From Laetmonice hystrix (lineage: Eukaryota), in contig OZ249436.1 in assembly GCA_965235115.1 (NCBI GenBank), positions 13,580,001-13,640,000 on the forward strand: a stretch of 60,000 nt of DNA, read 5' to 3'. Positions 38,086 to 51,135 of this stretch are shown piece after piece. The notes under the pieces are model-generated. The model was not told the DNA's origin. It saw only the letters and a program-made list of their open reading frames with translations, and ran no database searches. A program made the translations under genes and the position numbers. Position 1 is the stretch's first letter. Every line of letters starts with the position of its first letter.

Positions 38086-41000
38086 CAGGTTTGACAAGTG
38101 TATACGACGTTTCCATTTCTAAAGACTCAAACGTCAGTGGATAGTAACAAAGTTTACTTTGGAATTTACATGAAGTGGGCCAGCATTCTACGTCAACCAG
38201 ATTGAAGGCCAGACACTATAGAATGTGCCAGAAGTTAATGCTGTAAATAGAGACAACAATTCTACATTCCAATTAAACGTTTAGAGATAAGGTAACGTCC
38301 AACGCTTCAAGAAAGTGGGCATTCACTGCACAATTGTTAGATGGCGCCGCAGTATTATTCATAAACTTTTTATATGTTATTGACGTATCATATTAGGTTA
38401 GACACCGTAAGCCTCTCTGGCACACATGTATATTGCAGACCGTATTTTTTTATAGATGAATTTTGCCTCTGCTTCATATACATAAAATGCAGGGGCACCT
38501 CCATGATCACTTAAAGGTCATTGAACCGCATGATTTCCCACTAGGCCATACATTATGGAATTGCTTACATAGATTCCATCTGTAAAATATTGAATAGCGT
38601 ATAGGGGGCACCATTGTTAGCTCCCTCCTGTTGAAAATGTTATTGATTTGCGTAGTTCACCTATTTAACGAAGATATCAAATGACACGTGCATAGAATCT
38701 TGCCCACGACGCGAAATCCAGCAGACGACACGGCTAAGGAACGCCCGCGCGTCTTTCTCGAAAGTGAAAAAGCTGCTCTGACGGCGTTTCATCAGTTTTG
38801 TGCAGTGGCGCACGGCAGTCTGTTTGAACAGCAGAGCCAGCTTTTGAGACAAGGAAGAGCGACTTTATTGCAATGTTATGTACATTGTCAAAGTCCTAAT
38901 AGAATTAGGTGAAGGTTGGGAGATTAATATCGAGAGACGTAACGATGGTGACGGTGGTGGATGGCAGTGAAGGGTGAGCATTAATAGAATCAGGCCAGCA
39001 CTGACATCACCGTGGTCGGATTACAGTCAGCCACCATACCGAAACACTGTGCTTGATCCGGAAACAGTTGAAGGTAGAGACTGGCAATCTATGAGCCTTG
39101 AATAAACTGGGATCGCTTGTGCGAGATATCTCGAATAATGTTTTCACGGAAGGTCAATACAACGCGGCACGTAATGATTTTCCAGGAAGCAGGCGTGACT
39201 TCGATAAGGTTCATTGACGTGCTATGATTAGAACATCAAACGCAAATGTTTGAATCTCCAGGGAAGACGAAGATGTTTGTGAACTGTGAGTAAGAAGTTA
39301 TTGTAGATCAGAAGGCACGTACTAACCAGTGACACGGGGCTGGCCGTGAGTCAGCATAGTAACCAACTGCTGTTATGGGCATACTGATGGGTGTATGCGA
39401 CTGGGGTGACCCCTGGTTTGAAACGGTCTATTCGAACCGTCAGTGTTGACCTTCACACACGTGTTGCCATACACAGTCTACACCTGATCATTTATAACCC
39501 ATAACTGACATTTTTTAGGGGGAAGGGGGGGGGGGGGGAAGGGGAGGGGTATGTCCCATCTCGAGATCTCACTAACCCCCTTTTGTTCAGCCCGTTTTTC
39601 TTCTACTTTCCAATGACGCTATTCCTCACATCTTTCTGTTTCATTTTCTCCATTTCGGTTCATCCCGTCATTGTCTCCTGACGTGGGATTTAGAAAATTG
39701 CATTTCGTTTATTTCAAAGGGATCAAACGAATATATCCATCATCCACCCCCCCCCCCCAAGAAAAACAGTTGTATGTATGAATACTTTGGTGCTAGCAGA
39801 ATTTGTAAACATTTGCCAATCCTGGCCGATTACGAAGGAGTATGCCAACCTTATGATTAACAACATCATTATTATTCAAAAGTCAATAAGATTTGTGGGT
39901 TCGTTGGTAAATATACTTTCTACGCCCTTTCAAGTACAAAAAGTATTCTATATGCACATACTGGCTTTCTTTACTTAGGAAATTTTACTCTTTTGTGGAG
40001 GATCGTCTATGTTTACGTTTGTGTGTTTTCTTTATACATTTAACACAAATATCTTCTTTCATTAAAACCAATAATGTTGTATACTACTAACAATATCATG
40101 AAAAGGCCGGTGTATTACCTTATAACGGTCCTTATAACATGTCTAATGGGCGTATCGACTGTAATTGGTTGGAATGGCGGTAGAAAAACAATGGATTTCG
40201 CTGAATTGAGTGCCTCCGACAGGAGTGCGCGTACCTTGGCCACATCAGCCATTCATATTCACTCAGCTGAAATTGTCATTTAGACTTTTGTTATCATGAC
40301 CTCGCCAGACCTAGAGCCAGGCAGCAACGAGCGCCGTGGGATTTCTTATCAAATAACGCCAATGATGTACTGTCTGCTGGTTCTATGTGTCGTATTGTTA
40401 TGGGAACTGGTAGCCATATTTCACATTACGACTTCACTGGTCATATATGACTGCTACCATAAAACCTATTAAACTGACATAATGACACCCTAACTTATGA
40501 CGGTCATAATGAGATTTTGTGATATATAGATCATGCATCTTCAGAATTGGATATAATCTGGAATTTATCTTAGGGATATGACCAAACTATACTGACATAG
40601 GGCCTACCTTATTTGCAAGGGGGGGACCTTTAGAAGAGCGGTAGTATTTTCTTATAACAATATCACAGAGAAAGATAATTTGAAATATGAGGAGAAAATC
40701 GAAAAATGTATTGTATTTGGTACGTCGATTATTCATGGCGCATACGCCAGTGCAAAATATATCAAATTTGTCCAAGAATTGTTGCAACGTGATTTTCAGG
40801 ACGGAACCTAAAGTCTCCGTACAAAAACCCGGAAGCGGAAGCGGTTTGTGAGGAGTACCAATTTTTATTTTTTTTTCCTGCGTAGTTGAGAGGATGGGGC
40901 TGGATATATGTGGGTTGGTGCAGACGTGTGTGTTACATGCTGTACTTTGTCCAATGGCTAGGCCATATACACAGCGCTGTAGTGACAACTTGATGGGTGT

Positions 41001-41686
41001 GGAGCATCTTGATATCTTCTCACGGAAAAACTGGGGTAGGGTTTCAGTGGGAATGGGGTAGAAAAAAAAACTAAACCAGGGTACAGAGCTGCGTTATTGA
41101 GGTAATCTATGAACAGCGGAGGCAAGAAGCGGCTAGAAGGAAAAGTTTCTTTTCGTCCTAGGAATTAAAGGCAATGTTAGTGTATAAAGGCAAAAAAAAT
41201 ACCACGAACCTAATTTGGGGCCCGGGATAAAATAGGTCCCTGTTTTCGCCGTAAAGATGGCCTGAGATGCCGACACGTAACTCACTCACTCCGTCCCTCC
41301 CTCATGACATTGTATAGGACGTTAGTCATCGGGGCCCAAACCGTCCGGAAGTGTGTGAAACTTTCATACTTTACCTCCTGGACATGGTATTCCTTTAATC
41401 TGCACGTCTCTGTACGGAACCAATCGTAACCGTTCACAGTTCTGAGAGAGCATGTTCTTTAGTTGTTGGCGCCGTGTAAAAAGACCTAGACTTTCTTCGG
41501 AAACACAAGTATGCACTTGTAAAGATATGTCGTATCATGTAGTACTCATGGGAATGATCGCACAAAGAAACATATAGGAAAGCTTGCTGTGTTGATATGT
41601 GTTCCTACCACCAAACTGTACGCCGGAAGTGGCGAAGGTTATTTTCAAAGTTGACTAATGTTATATTTCAGTGGACTACTCTACAC

Positions 41687-41713
41687 CATAGACCTAGACT
41701 CTATAGGTCTATG
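41687..41713. mobile_element. 27-bp palindromic micro-element or transposon footprint with CATAGA...TCTATG ends
   Basis: catagaccta-gactcta-taggtctatg (10-bp perfect inverted repeat) flanked by the direct repeat TCTACAC at 41680-41686 and 41714-41720. Confidence 0.65.
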
Positions 41714-43494
41714 TCTACACCATACAGCCGTGATTTATTTTACAAGCAATAAGCAGATTTTTTCCTCCTGTATGAACACACATGGATGTACCTGCTCCCA
41801 TGGGAGGAATTGGCGTGAAACCAGACGACGGATGTGACCAAGAGGATTATTAACCAACAATTGAACCTGTTAACCAGATAAGACAAGGTTGTTATTGCAT
41901 GGTGTGTTTCGTAACAAACAGTAGTTACACAAAGGAACATTTTCCGCCCAATTCTCAGTGTAAAGCCCAATCTAGTCTGACGCCCTGTCCACTACAGCGG
42001 AATTCAAAAGAAATCACGCATCGATCCCTTCACACAGGAATCGAGCGGGAGATAATTCGTTCATGAGAATGCAGCCTATCGCGTCCTATTATGGCAATGA
42101 CCATCTAGAGCAGGGATTCCAGGAAGCGGACGAAGCCAGACGGCTAGGACGTTATACTGCTTGCTGTTTGAGGAGCTCATCGTCGGCAGATCAAAGAGAT
42201 GCGCCATAGCCAGTCGTATTTGCCTACACAAGCTCTTTCCTTCCATGTCAAATATTGACCGGCAGAACCTCTGATAACTACCCGGCCGCTTCCTTTCATC
42301 GTTTAGTCTTTATTCAATATGACAAGTTGGGTGGGACGGTGGCGACTGTAGGGCCAGCCGGGCCGTGGCCCGCCCGTAGGTCCCGGTCGCCGGCCACACC
42401 CGGGATCAATGCACTGACCATTACCTCAGAGTACTCCACTTCCGTATACTAGGCCAAATGATCCACACGGCCTCTAATTCTACTCCCTTTCCTTAATTAA
42501 CAGCTGCCCTGCATTCCCGAAAATCGCTTAATTTCTCAAGTATTAGGGGGAAATATCATTTAACGTTCAATATAATGCCCCTGTTTTAGGGGCAGAGGCC
42601 TTATACTTCCCTCTCGCCGGATATGGGTGATTTTGGAGCGTTGTATCTACTATACTGGACTGATTCAGAATCCGGATATCAAAATGTACGTTGACCACAT
42701 ACTGGATTGATTTTGTAATGCTTAAACTTTACGAGAACTCCCACGCATCTGTTTAATATGTGAAATTGTCAAATCTACGCGTTTTTGATCAAAGTAAAAA
42801 GTATGGTGATTCATTTACAGTGTCCTCTGGAAATACTAGCTTTGGTAGTAATTAGCATTGATGCGGCGACCTAGTTTCAGTGGACTTCAGCGGCGAGTGG
42901 TTTGTTTCCCAGGAGATGGGAAGAAATTAATATCTAGACAAGGTGGAGTTCTTGAGATCGTTTAATCTGTTCACTGCCGACAGGTCTCCTTTGATCGTCG
43001 AGATCTCCCTGACGTTTTCAAGACTAAGGCGGACTCACCTCCTTTGATTACATCTTGACCTTCGGAAAAAACAAAGGGGTAACCGACTGGAGGAGGTGCA
43101 CTGTACCCCCTCCCAACGTTAACAGGTCTTGGCTGTGAGATCAAAGAGTCTATGAGATTCACACGCCCTGCACTCAAACCTTTAATTATTACGGAAACGG
43201 TCCGTTCAATGCAGTTGGTGTGATTTCGGTAAATTACAGGTTCATTCATATCGGAGCCACTCTAATAGAGACTTTATCATCGATTTCTTGGAATAATAAT
43301 ATATAGCGAGTTGGGTTCCTTTTTAATTGACTTCGATCTACATATCTTGATTTCATTATTCGTGAGAATACTTACGTGTCATTTCAAGATTGAATATTGA
43401 TTATTTTTATTGAGAGTCGCAAAACATTAGTCTGTAACTGTCTGACGTCGGTCCGAGTTAAATTAATATTATATAATGTATATTTACTGTCCTG

Positions 43495-43560
<66 letters not shown>

Positions 43561-43565
43561 GGGGG

Positions 43566-43647
<82 letters not shown>

Positions 43648-43651
43648 GAGA
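43495..43651. repeat. (GA)n microsatellite
   Basis: Long GA run with a few interruptions; accounts for the RE/ER/SL ORFs. Confidence 0.97.
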
Positions 43652-43744
43652 GGGGGGGGGGGAAGAAATGTCCGCTAGAGAAATATTTCCATACCATGTT
43701 AACATCAGGGCTGGCTTGTGACCACATATATATAGGGCCTCCCA

Positions 43745-43860
43745 CCCTTTGTTCGGTTCCACCTCGAACCGGATGTGAGAACTTTGTCAGTTATAAGGTC
43801 GGTAGTTTTCCCCGGGATTCTCCGGTTTCCTCCACCATGCAGTAAAAGTAAAACTGACCC
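43745..43860 (+). mobile_element. SINE central-domain fragment (V/Meta-type core)
   Basis: ggtcggtagttttccccgggattctccggtttcctccacc...aaaactgacc resembles the widespread GGTTTTCTCCGGGTACTCCGGTTTCCTCC SINE core. Confidence 0.6.
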
Positions 43861-43971
43861 TGTCTTGGATGGCATTGGGCAAGGGGAGGGCAGACTGTCC
43901 TGTCGCAGGGTGAAGACGATACGTTATACCCGGGGGTTCTAGTCATTACTTGGCGGTGACGTCACGCCCAA

Positions 43972-44247
43972 CAGGCGCGTGTCCGGGGGGGGGGGGGGGG
44001 GGGTCCAGGGGGTCCGGACCCCCCTGCTTCCACAGAGCATAGATTTTTTTCTAAACATTCCCGCCGTTTTGAACCCGTTCAGCGATTTTTTGTAAGCATT
44101 TCCGCCGTTTTGAACCTGTTGATCGATGAATCTACGAAATATAATGCCCTAAAATGGCCCCTAAATGGCGGGAATCGCCTTTCAGAGCTTCTAATTAAAA
44201 AAAAATCTCAGACCCCCCCCCTGCTGAAAATCCGGGACACGTGCCTG
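43972..44247. mobile_element. Short CAGG-terminated non-autonomous element (hAT-like)
   Basis: TIR caggcgcgtgtcc / ggacacgtgcctg (12/13) with subterminal G and C runs; no clear TSD. Confidence 0.6.
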
Positions 44248-45262
44248 CATGACAACCTGGGCCTATTAATAGTAGGCCCAAATTTGAGTGTCGTCCCAGT
44301 TGCTGACTGACATCGCGAGTCGTTAAAACTATACCTCCAATGCGAACTCAGCGCTGTGTACAATTCTTCGTGAATCATACCGTTTGATCAAATTGCTGTA
44401 TTCCTTCTCATCAAACCGCTCCACTGCTCACTTTTTTTGTTTTTATCCCATATATTTAATAAATCAGAAAATTCAAACCGAGCAATTTGATTTCCATTGC
44501 CTGCAGTGTTGTCAGTTCTAATGCGCATGCCCACTGAAGGCCAGTAAGGGAGCACAGGGAGCCAAGAACTCCTCCATTATGGCCCGAGATCCAGGCCCCC
44601 TTCTTACATAATAGCTGCTCCCTTTGTTTATTTAAAATGACTGCCGGCCGTGACGATGTCGAAGTGCCCGCTTCGTTTGAAAAATCAACTGAATCTGCTT
44701 TGTAGAAGGACTTGAGCTAAATTCATTGCACTCAATGGCTGAAGGTAAAGGCAAAACTTCATTTGAAATGATTGGCTATGTGCGAGCAAGCCTCTTATTC
44801 CGCGACAGTTTCAAAATCTCCCATGGGCATAACCTTGACTATACACTATAGGCCGAGTATATACAAGGCCTATCACAGAGGCAAGCCCAAATCACAAAAT
44901 ATGCCGCCGCGTTCCGAAATGATCACGTGTTGGGATTAGGAAGAACGTTCTAGATCTACTCCATTCACATTCTCTGACTTGTGGCAATAATTCTATGTCG
45001 GCCGACTGCTCTACGTGCTAGTGACGATAGGTGGCGCTGACCGGTGGCGGTGTTGTGAGGGTTCATCGATTGACAAGGACTACTTCCGGCCTCTACTGTC
45101 TGACCAACGAGACGGTCTGACCAGTTATATAGTACGACGAGGCACACGGCACCGCGCGTGAGGCACCCTGTTGATTGTAGACAGCCCACTGTTCTAACGT
45201 ATCTGGAGGTGGCATTTAAACCATGTCGTATCTCCCCACCCGCCGCCTTCCGTGGGCCAACC

Positions 45263-46201
45263 GTCTGTGTGTGTGAGACAGGCAGGTGTCTGTGTGTGTG
45301 AGACAGGCAGGTGTCTGTCTGTGTGAGACAGGCAGGTGTCTGTGTGTGACAGGCAGGTGTCTGTGTGTGTGAGACAGGCATGTGTCTGTGTGTGAGACAG
45401 GCAGGTGTCTGTGTGTGAGAGACGGGCAGGTGTCTGTGTGTGTGAGACAGGCAGGTGTCTGTGTGTGTGAGACAGGCAGGTGTCTGTGTGTGTGAGACAG
45501 GCAGGTGTCTGTGTGTGAGAGACGGGCAGGTGTCTGTGTGTGTGAGACAGGCAGGTGTCTGTGTGTGTGAGACAGGCAGGTGTCTGTGTGTGTGAGACAG
45601 GCAGGTGTCTGTGTGTGTGAGACAGGCAGGTGTCTGTGTATGTGAGACAGGCAGGTGTCTGTGTGTGTGAGACAGGCAGGTGTCTGTCTGTGTGAGACAG
45701 GCAGGTGTCTGTCTGTGTGAGACAGGCAGGTGTCTGTGTGTGAGACAGGCAGGTGTCTGTGTGAGACAGGCAGGTGTCTGTGTGTGTGAGACAGGCAGGT
45801 GTCTGTCTGTGTGAGACAGGCAGGTGTCTGTGTGCGACAGGCAGGTGTCTGTGTGAGACAGGCAGGTGTCTGTATGTGTGAGACAGGCAGGTGTCTGTGT
45901 GAGACAGGCAGGTGTCTGTCTGTGTGAGACAGGCAGGTGTCTGTCTGTGTGAGACAGGCAGGTGTCTGTCTGTGTGAGACAGGCAGGTGTATGTCTGTGT
46001 GAGACAGGCAGGTGTCTGTATGTGTGAGACAGGCAGGTGTCTGTGTGAGACAGGCAGGTGTCTGTATGTGTGAGACAGGCAGGTGTCTGTATGTGTGAGA
46101 CAGGCAGGTGTCTGTGTGAGACAGGCAGGTGTCTGTATGTGTGAGACAGGCAGGTGTCTGTGTGTGTGAGACAGGCAGGTGTCTGTGTGAGACAGGCAGG
46201 T
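45263..46201. repeat. ~22-26-bp minisatellite with variable (TG)n core (~39 copies)
   Basis: Unit gtct(gt)n gagacaggcaggt; accounts for the long minus-strand HRHLPVS/TPACLT ORFs. Confidence 0.96.
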
Positions 46202-48267
46202 ACGCGGCCTGCCAGTGACAGCTCACCAGACCATTGACACCGCCAAATGTCATCAAACCCCGCCAGCACCAAGGACCCCTTGTCCCAACAGATTGTGATT
46301 TATGTAAGTCCCACTTGGGGCGCTACTGACCATGTTTTGATCACATGACTTCTGGGCAAACCGCATTATGAGCTTCAAAGGCTAGCAAAGCGGCTAAGTC
46401 GACATTGTTTTGGTGGTGGAGGTTGGCAGGTAGGAGAAGGAACATGATGTCAGTAACCGGTCGCTTTGTTGTATATATGGCGAAGGGTTCCATACGACCC
46501 CAGCTGATCTCATTATATCATTAACAGGCCCTAGGCAGTTCTCTTCAGAGACAAAAGTAGCCTAGCACGCAAGAGAACCTCAAACCATGCTGGTCGAAAT
46601 AATGTACATGTATATTATTTACAACAAATATGAAACAAGTAAAATCTGTAAGAGGTGGCTGTCAGTTACTAATCTACTACCGGTAATGGAGGAATCACGT
46701 CATGATTATACCAATAATTGGTGATCTCCACCAGTTGATAAACGTTAGCCTATCGTTTAGAACACAGTCGCCAGCAGTGCTAGAGACGCCCATTTCTAAA
46801 CTGTAGGCCTACCTTGTATATCTTCGATTGTCAAAGATTCGTTTATTTTGATATTTTCATTATAATTATTCAATCAAGTTTGTTGTAGTTTGTGGCAATT
46901 CCAATGAAAGAAACTACAATGTATCCAGCCCAAGGCGCTGTTTACAACAAATTCTTGTTCAGTTTCAGCCATAGAGAAAGATCTGTAGATTCCCCACAAT
47001 GGCATTCTCTGAATATATACTTGGCTAGAAGAGACTATGGGTCAGCGGGTTAGATTCAGGGCAAGTTGTATGTTTGCCTAAAGTACACTGTATATGAGTG
47101 ATGAATATCATGGTATGACCGAGTATGATATGGCCCATTATCTGGTACCACTACGAAAGGTCCCAAGGAGCCTGAGTGTATACCCAGCCCACGTGAAGGG
47201 GGCGTCCACTCACACAGTTAGTATTATCGATTGGTGTCTTGGCCTCCGAAGTGGGTTGTGGAACACGGGCGCCAGCAAAGCTTGTCGGGTCGCCTGCAGA
47301 CAAACTTTTCACTGCCACCGTTGGTCTGGCCAGGTGAAAATGTCGCCCCATCGACAGGTGTGATTCATGGGCTCAATTAATCATGCTAACCACCTTTAAT
47401 AAGGTGCGTGATTCTTGGATTATCGAGAAAAAAGTGATCGCTTCGAGCACTGGTGGAATGGTTACATCGCGAGGTCACATCATGGCAGTAGTCGCACATT
47501 TCTTTATTTGCTCCGTCCCTATAAGTGGCAGTCAAAGTATGCTGGAATAAAGATTTGTTTATAAAACGAAAACAAACAAACAAACAACTCCGATAAACCA
47601 TTAGGAGATACTTGGGTGCACAGATCAAAGTGGTGCAACAGTGGAGCGCCTCTTTAATGGACTGTTGCCTCCTCATTCTAACGTTTTTCGTGTTGCATCA
47701 TCATTTAATATGAATAAAGTGCCGAATAAAGAACGCAGAATTTACCACGTGCGCGGTCTAAAACATTCACACCATTAATCAATGGAGAAATTCAATGTCG
47801 CAAAGAAAATAAAAATAAATGAATGAATAAATTAATAAAAATGGATTATATATATTAAATAGATAATTTCTTAACGACTGCTCCATTTCGAGCCCATGCA
47901 AAATGCGGCTCAGCCAGAACCGAAATGGGATGGAGGCAATAGAGTTATTTGCGCTCTCAGATGGCCATGAAAAAAATCTCCGCTACTGTGTGTGACACGC
48001 CAAATCACAACACATATTTGATTCCCCTGGGGGCTTAATACGTCTGGAGTGCTTTGCCAATAACCATTGAAGCCTCATAGAGTCTGCTAAGATACGAGTC
48101 CCACGTGTCGTGGTTTGATGGACAAATCCATTCCAGGGTGGATGTAGTGAATGGACGTATGAATATGACGCGCTCCTCGTCACTTGAACACAATATTTCA
48201 AATTCACTATGAGGATTACGTATTATGGCACCAAGGGGGGTAGCAGTGATAAACCTACGTGCCTGCA

Positions 48268-48464
48268 CTCCTGACCACCTCATAAGTCCGTATATATACT
48301 GACCGGCTCCTGACCACCTCATAAGTCCGTATATATACTGACCGGCTCCTGACCACCTCATAAGTCCGTATATATACTGACCGGCTCCTGACCACCTCAT
48401 AAGTCCGTATATATACTGACCGGCTCCTGACCACCTCATAAGTCCGTATATATACTGACCGGCT
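48268..48464. repeat. 39-bp tandem repeat x5
   Basis: Unit ctcctgaccacctcataagtccgtatatatactgaccgg; identical copies. Confidence 0.96.
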
Positions 48465-48699
48465 GATACCATTGAAAGGACGGCCGCAAGGCCCGCTGTC
48501 ATTCTTGCGTTCAGACACGTATGGCTGCCTTAAGACCCGCAGGCGGATGTGTGCAACGCGCCCTTTTTTAAAGTGTCGGGGGTGTGAAGTGTAGGGGGTT
48601 TCTAATTTGGCTTCGGCTCGCCTGTCCGCATGTATGTATAGACGGCGATTTTACGGAGTGCGCGGGTCAGGTTAAATGAAATTTTAGAAAATGATCGGA

Positions 48700-49007
48700 G
48701 ACGGTCTGAGGATGATACACGTCGAATAGATATCATTGTGCACCGGCCAGGGGCGATGTACACGATTGATTTACGTGACGGTCTGAGGATGATAAACGTC
48801 GAATAGATATCATTGTGCACCGGCCAGGGACGATGTACACGATTGATTTACGTGACGGTCTGAGGATGATAAACGTCGAATAGATATCATTGTGCACCGG
48901 CCAGGGGCGATGTACACGATTGATTTACGTGACGGTCTGAGGATGATAAACGTCGAATAGATATCATTGTGCACCGGCCAGGGACGATGTACACGATTGA
49001 TTTACGT
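48700..49007. repeat. 77-bp tandem repeat x4
   Basis: Unit gacggtctgaggatgataaacgtcgaatagatatcattgtgcaccggccaggg(g/a)cgatgtacacgattgatttacgt. Confidence 0.96.
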
Positions 49008-49264
49008 TGGAGCCGCCGTAATGCCGTGTCAGAATCGTGTTAGAATTAGTTGACACAAACGGGTCCGTCCTTATTCTACACAATCATCTTACAGTTCTAA
49101 ATGTCAGCTTATAGACTTTGAGTTGTGTTTTATGAATATCGATAACCAATCTAAGTACAGAACCCCTAGGTTAGAGCTAGGATATAGGCCCATACTATTG
49201 CTGGTTGCTCAAGGAACCATCTCCAAAGATACGAACATTATGTCTGTCAAGTGCTCCAACTTAA

Positions 49265-50278
49265 AGGAAATATGTCACGGGGGGTATCGACCGAAATCTT
49301 TAGTTTTCTGCTTACCTGCTCACCACTGACGTACTTTATAGCCTGGTCCCCGGTCTAAACACTACGTATACACTACGTATATAGAGCCTGGTGATGGCCA
49401 ATCGAAGCAAGCGTTGTGATTGGCCCATCGAAAACATGGACGCAAACGAGGTATAGTTCCGTACCCTCCGTATTTCTCCAACAAGACACAAATATTTTCG
49501 TCAATCCCTTTAAAATGCAAGTGTTAAATGTCCTCGCTTTTCTGGATGTAAACATAGCGTCAGCAGTCCCCACACCTGCTACGGTCTGCATACGCAGGGG
49601 CATGTTGCTATTGTTGGCCACTCCCGGCCACGCTCCAAGCAGAAGTCAATCACTCTGTTAACGCTGACCAACGGACCGGAGGCGAAAGTGATTAGCTCCG
49701 AGGCGGAAGTGCTTGGAGATCACCACTTCCGTTTTACAGCTTTCTGTTAGCCATCACCGGGCCTAACATCAAGCGGATGCGTATGGTAGGCACCGGGGAC
49801 CAGGCTAACGTACTTTATGGCACTGATTGTTTATTATATTGATTCTGTTTACACATACTACGAATAGACAATTGTGAAATTCTCCCTAATGTAGAAAAAT
49901 GAATAAAACTAGCTGCAGTGTTGCAAAGTGCGACGAATCCGCCATTTTGGCCCCCTTTGGCTGCCGCGAATCGTTTGAACGGGTCCATGGTCACGTGACT
50001 CTCGCTGTGATTACTTGAGATGTAAACACGGGACTGTGACTATCCGCCGATCGTGTGAAAAGGGTGCAAAACACAGCCGGCTGCAAATCCCGGTGTCTCG
50101 GAATCTAAGTGTGTCATTTTCAGTGACCGCATTAAGAATTGGCGATTCTTTTTTTACAAAATACCGGCCAAAGCTACATAAAGAGATATAGGGGACCTTT
50201 GGGGCATATCGGTGAACCGCAATGCCGATATTTTTGCTGAAACACGACGTATTATTTGAAATTCGTGATATATTACCT
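49265..50278. mobile_element. Kolobok-like non-autonomous element, copy 2, interrupted by a nested insertion
   Basis: TTAA flanks (49261-49264 and 50279-50282); same termini and body as 15761-16224. Confidence 0.85.
49339..49807. mobile_element. Nested 469-bp non-autonomous DNA transposon with TAG termini and a 10-bp TSD (Academ/AcademH-like)
   Basis: 16-bp perfect TIR tagcctggtccccggt / accggggaccaggcta; ACGTACTTTA duplicated at 49329-49338 and 49808-49817 but present once in copy 1. Confidence 0.85.
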
Positions 50279-50659
50279 TTAAGGCGAACAGCCTATCAGT
50301 CTCGCCTCAGTGTTACCTCTGTCGGTCGAACTGTAGAAACGCACTAATTATTAATGAGTATTTCGACGGTGAAAGCGATTTTACGTCGAGAAATTGTCAT
50401 TGAAAGTACGCCTGCTGTACTCCGAGACGATGCTGTGGTAGACTTGATGGCTTTCTCAAGTGGCCCTTGCTTCCCGTCAAACGGCTGAGGTTGTCTAATT
50501 AAAAGGACAGGATGGGAATTAACTACTAACAATTGCTACTTAAACTAATGAAAGGTCTCCCGGCTCCTTGATAAGATTAAGGATTAGTATCCGTGCACGT
50601 AACACTGGTGGAAGTCAGGTTCGTCGTGCACTGGCCCGAGGTGCAAGTGTGACATGCCG

Positions 50660-51135
50660 TTCACCTGACCGCCCGCCCGCCCGCCCTCCTGGCCGCCGGG
50701 GCCGCGGGTAGCAGGCACGCAGCCTGACCGCCCACCCGCCCTCCTGGCCGCCGGGGCCGCGGGTAGCACGCAGCCTGACCGGCCGCCCTCCTGGCCGCCG
50801 GGGCCGCGGGTAGCACGCACGCAGCCTGACCGCCGCCGGGGGTCGCGGGTAGCAGGCACGCAGCCTGACCGCCGCCCGCCCTCCTGGCCGCAGGTATATA
50901 GCACGCCCGCGCCCCCCCCCCCCCGCCATACTGGTCGCCGGGGCCGCGGGTACTACAGCACGCACGCAGCCTGACCGCCCTCCTGGACGCGGGTAGCACG
51001 CACGCAGCCTGACCGCCCTCCTGGCCGCGGGTAGCACGCACGCAGCCTGACCGCCCTCCTGGCCGCCGGGGCCGCACGCACGCAGCCTCACCGCCCGCCC
51101 GCCCTCCTGGCCGCCGGGGCCGCACGCACGCACGT
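50660..51135. repeat. GC- and CpG-rich degenerate tandem repeat
   Basis: Repeated modules cgcagcctgaccgccc / ctcctggccgccggggccgcgggtagcacg of variable length. Confidence 0.9.

Noticed and set aside
43040..43166. Minus-strand candidate exon ending in GAG|GTGAGT
   Set aside because: Weak acceptor, no recognisable peptide and no partner exons found.
44965..46272. 435-aa and 346-aa minus-strand His/Thr/Cys-rich ORFs
   Set aside because: Unit lengths vary by 2 nt, so the translation cycles through all frames; the ORFs result from a stop-free TG/CA-rich minisatellite.
50584..51133. Arg/Gly/Pro/Ala-rich ORFs in three minus-strand frames
   Set aside because: Expected from a GC-rich repeat lacking stop codons; the same words recur in every frame.
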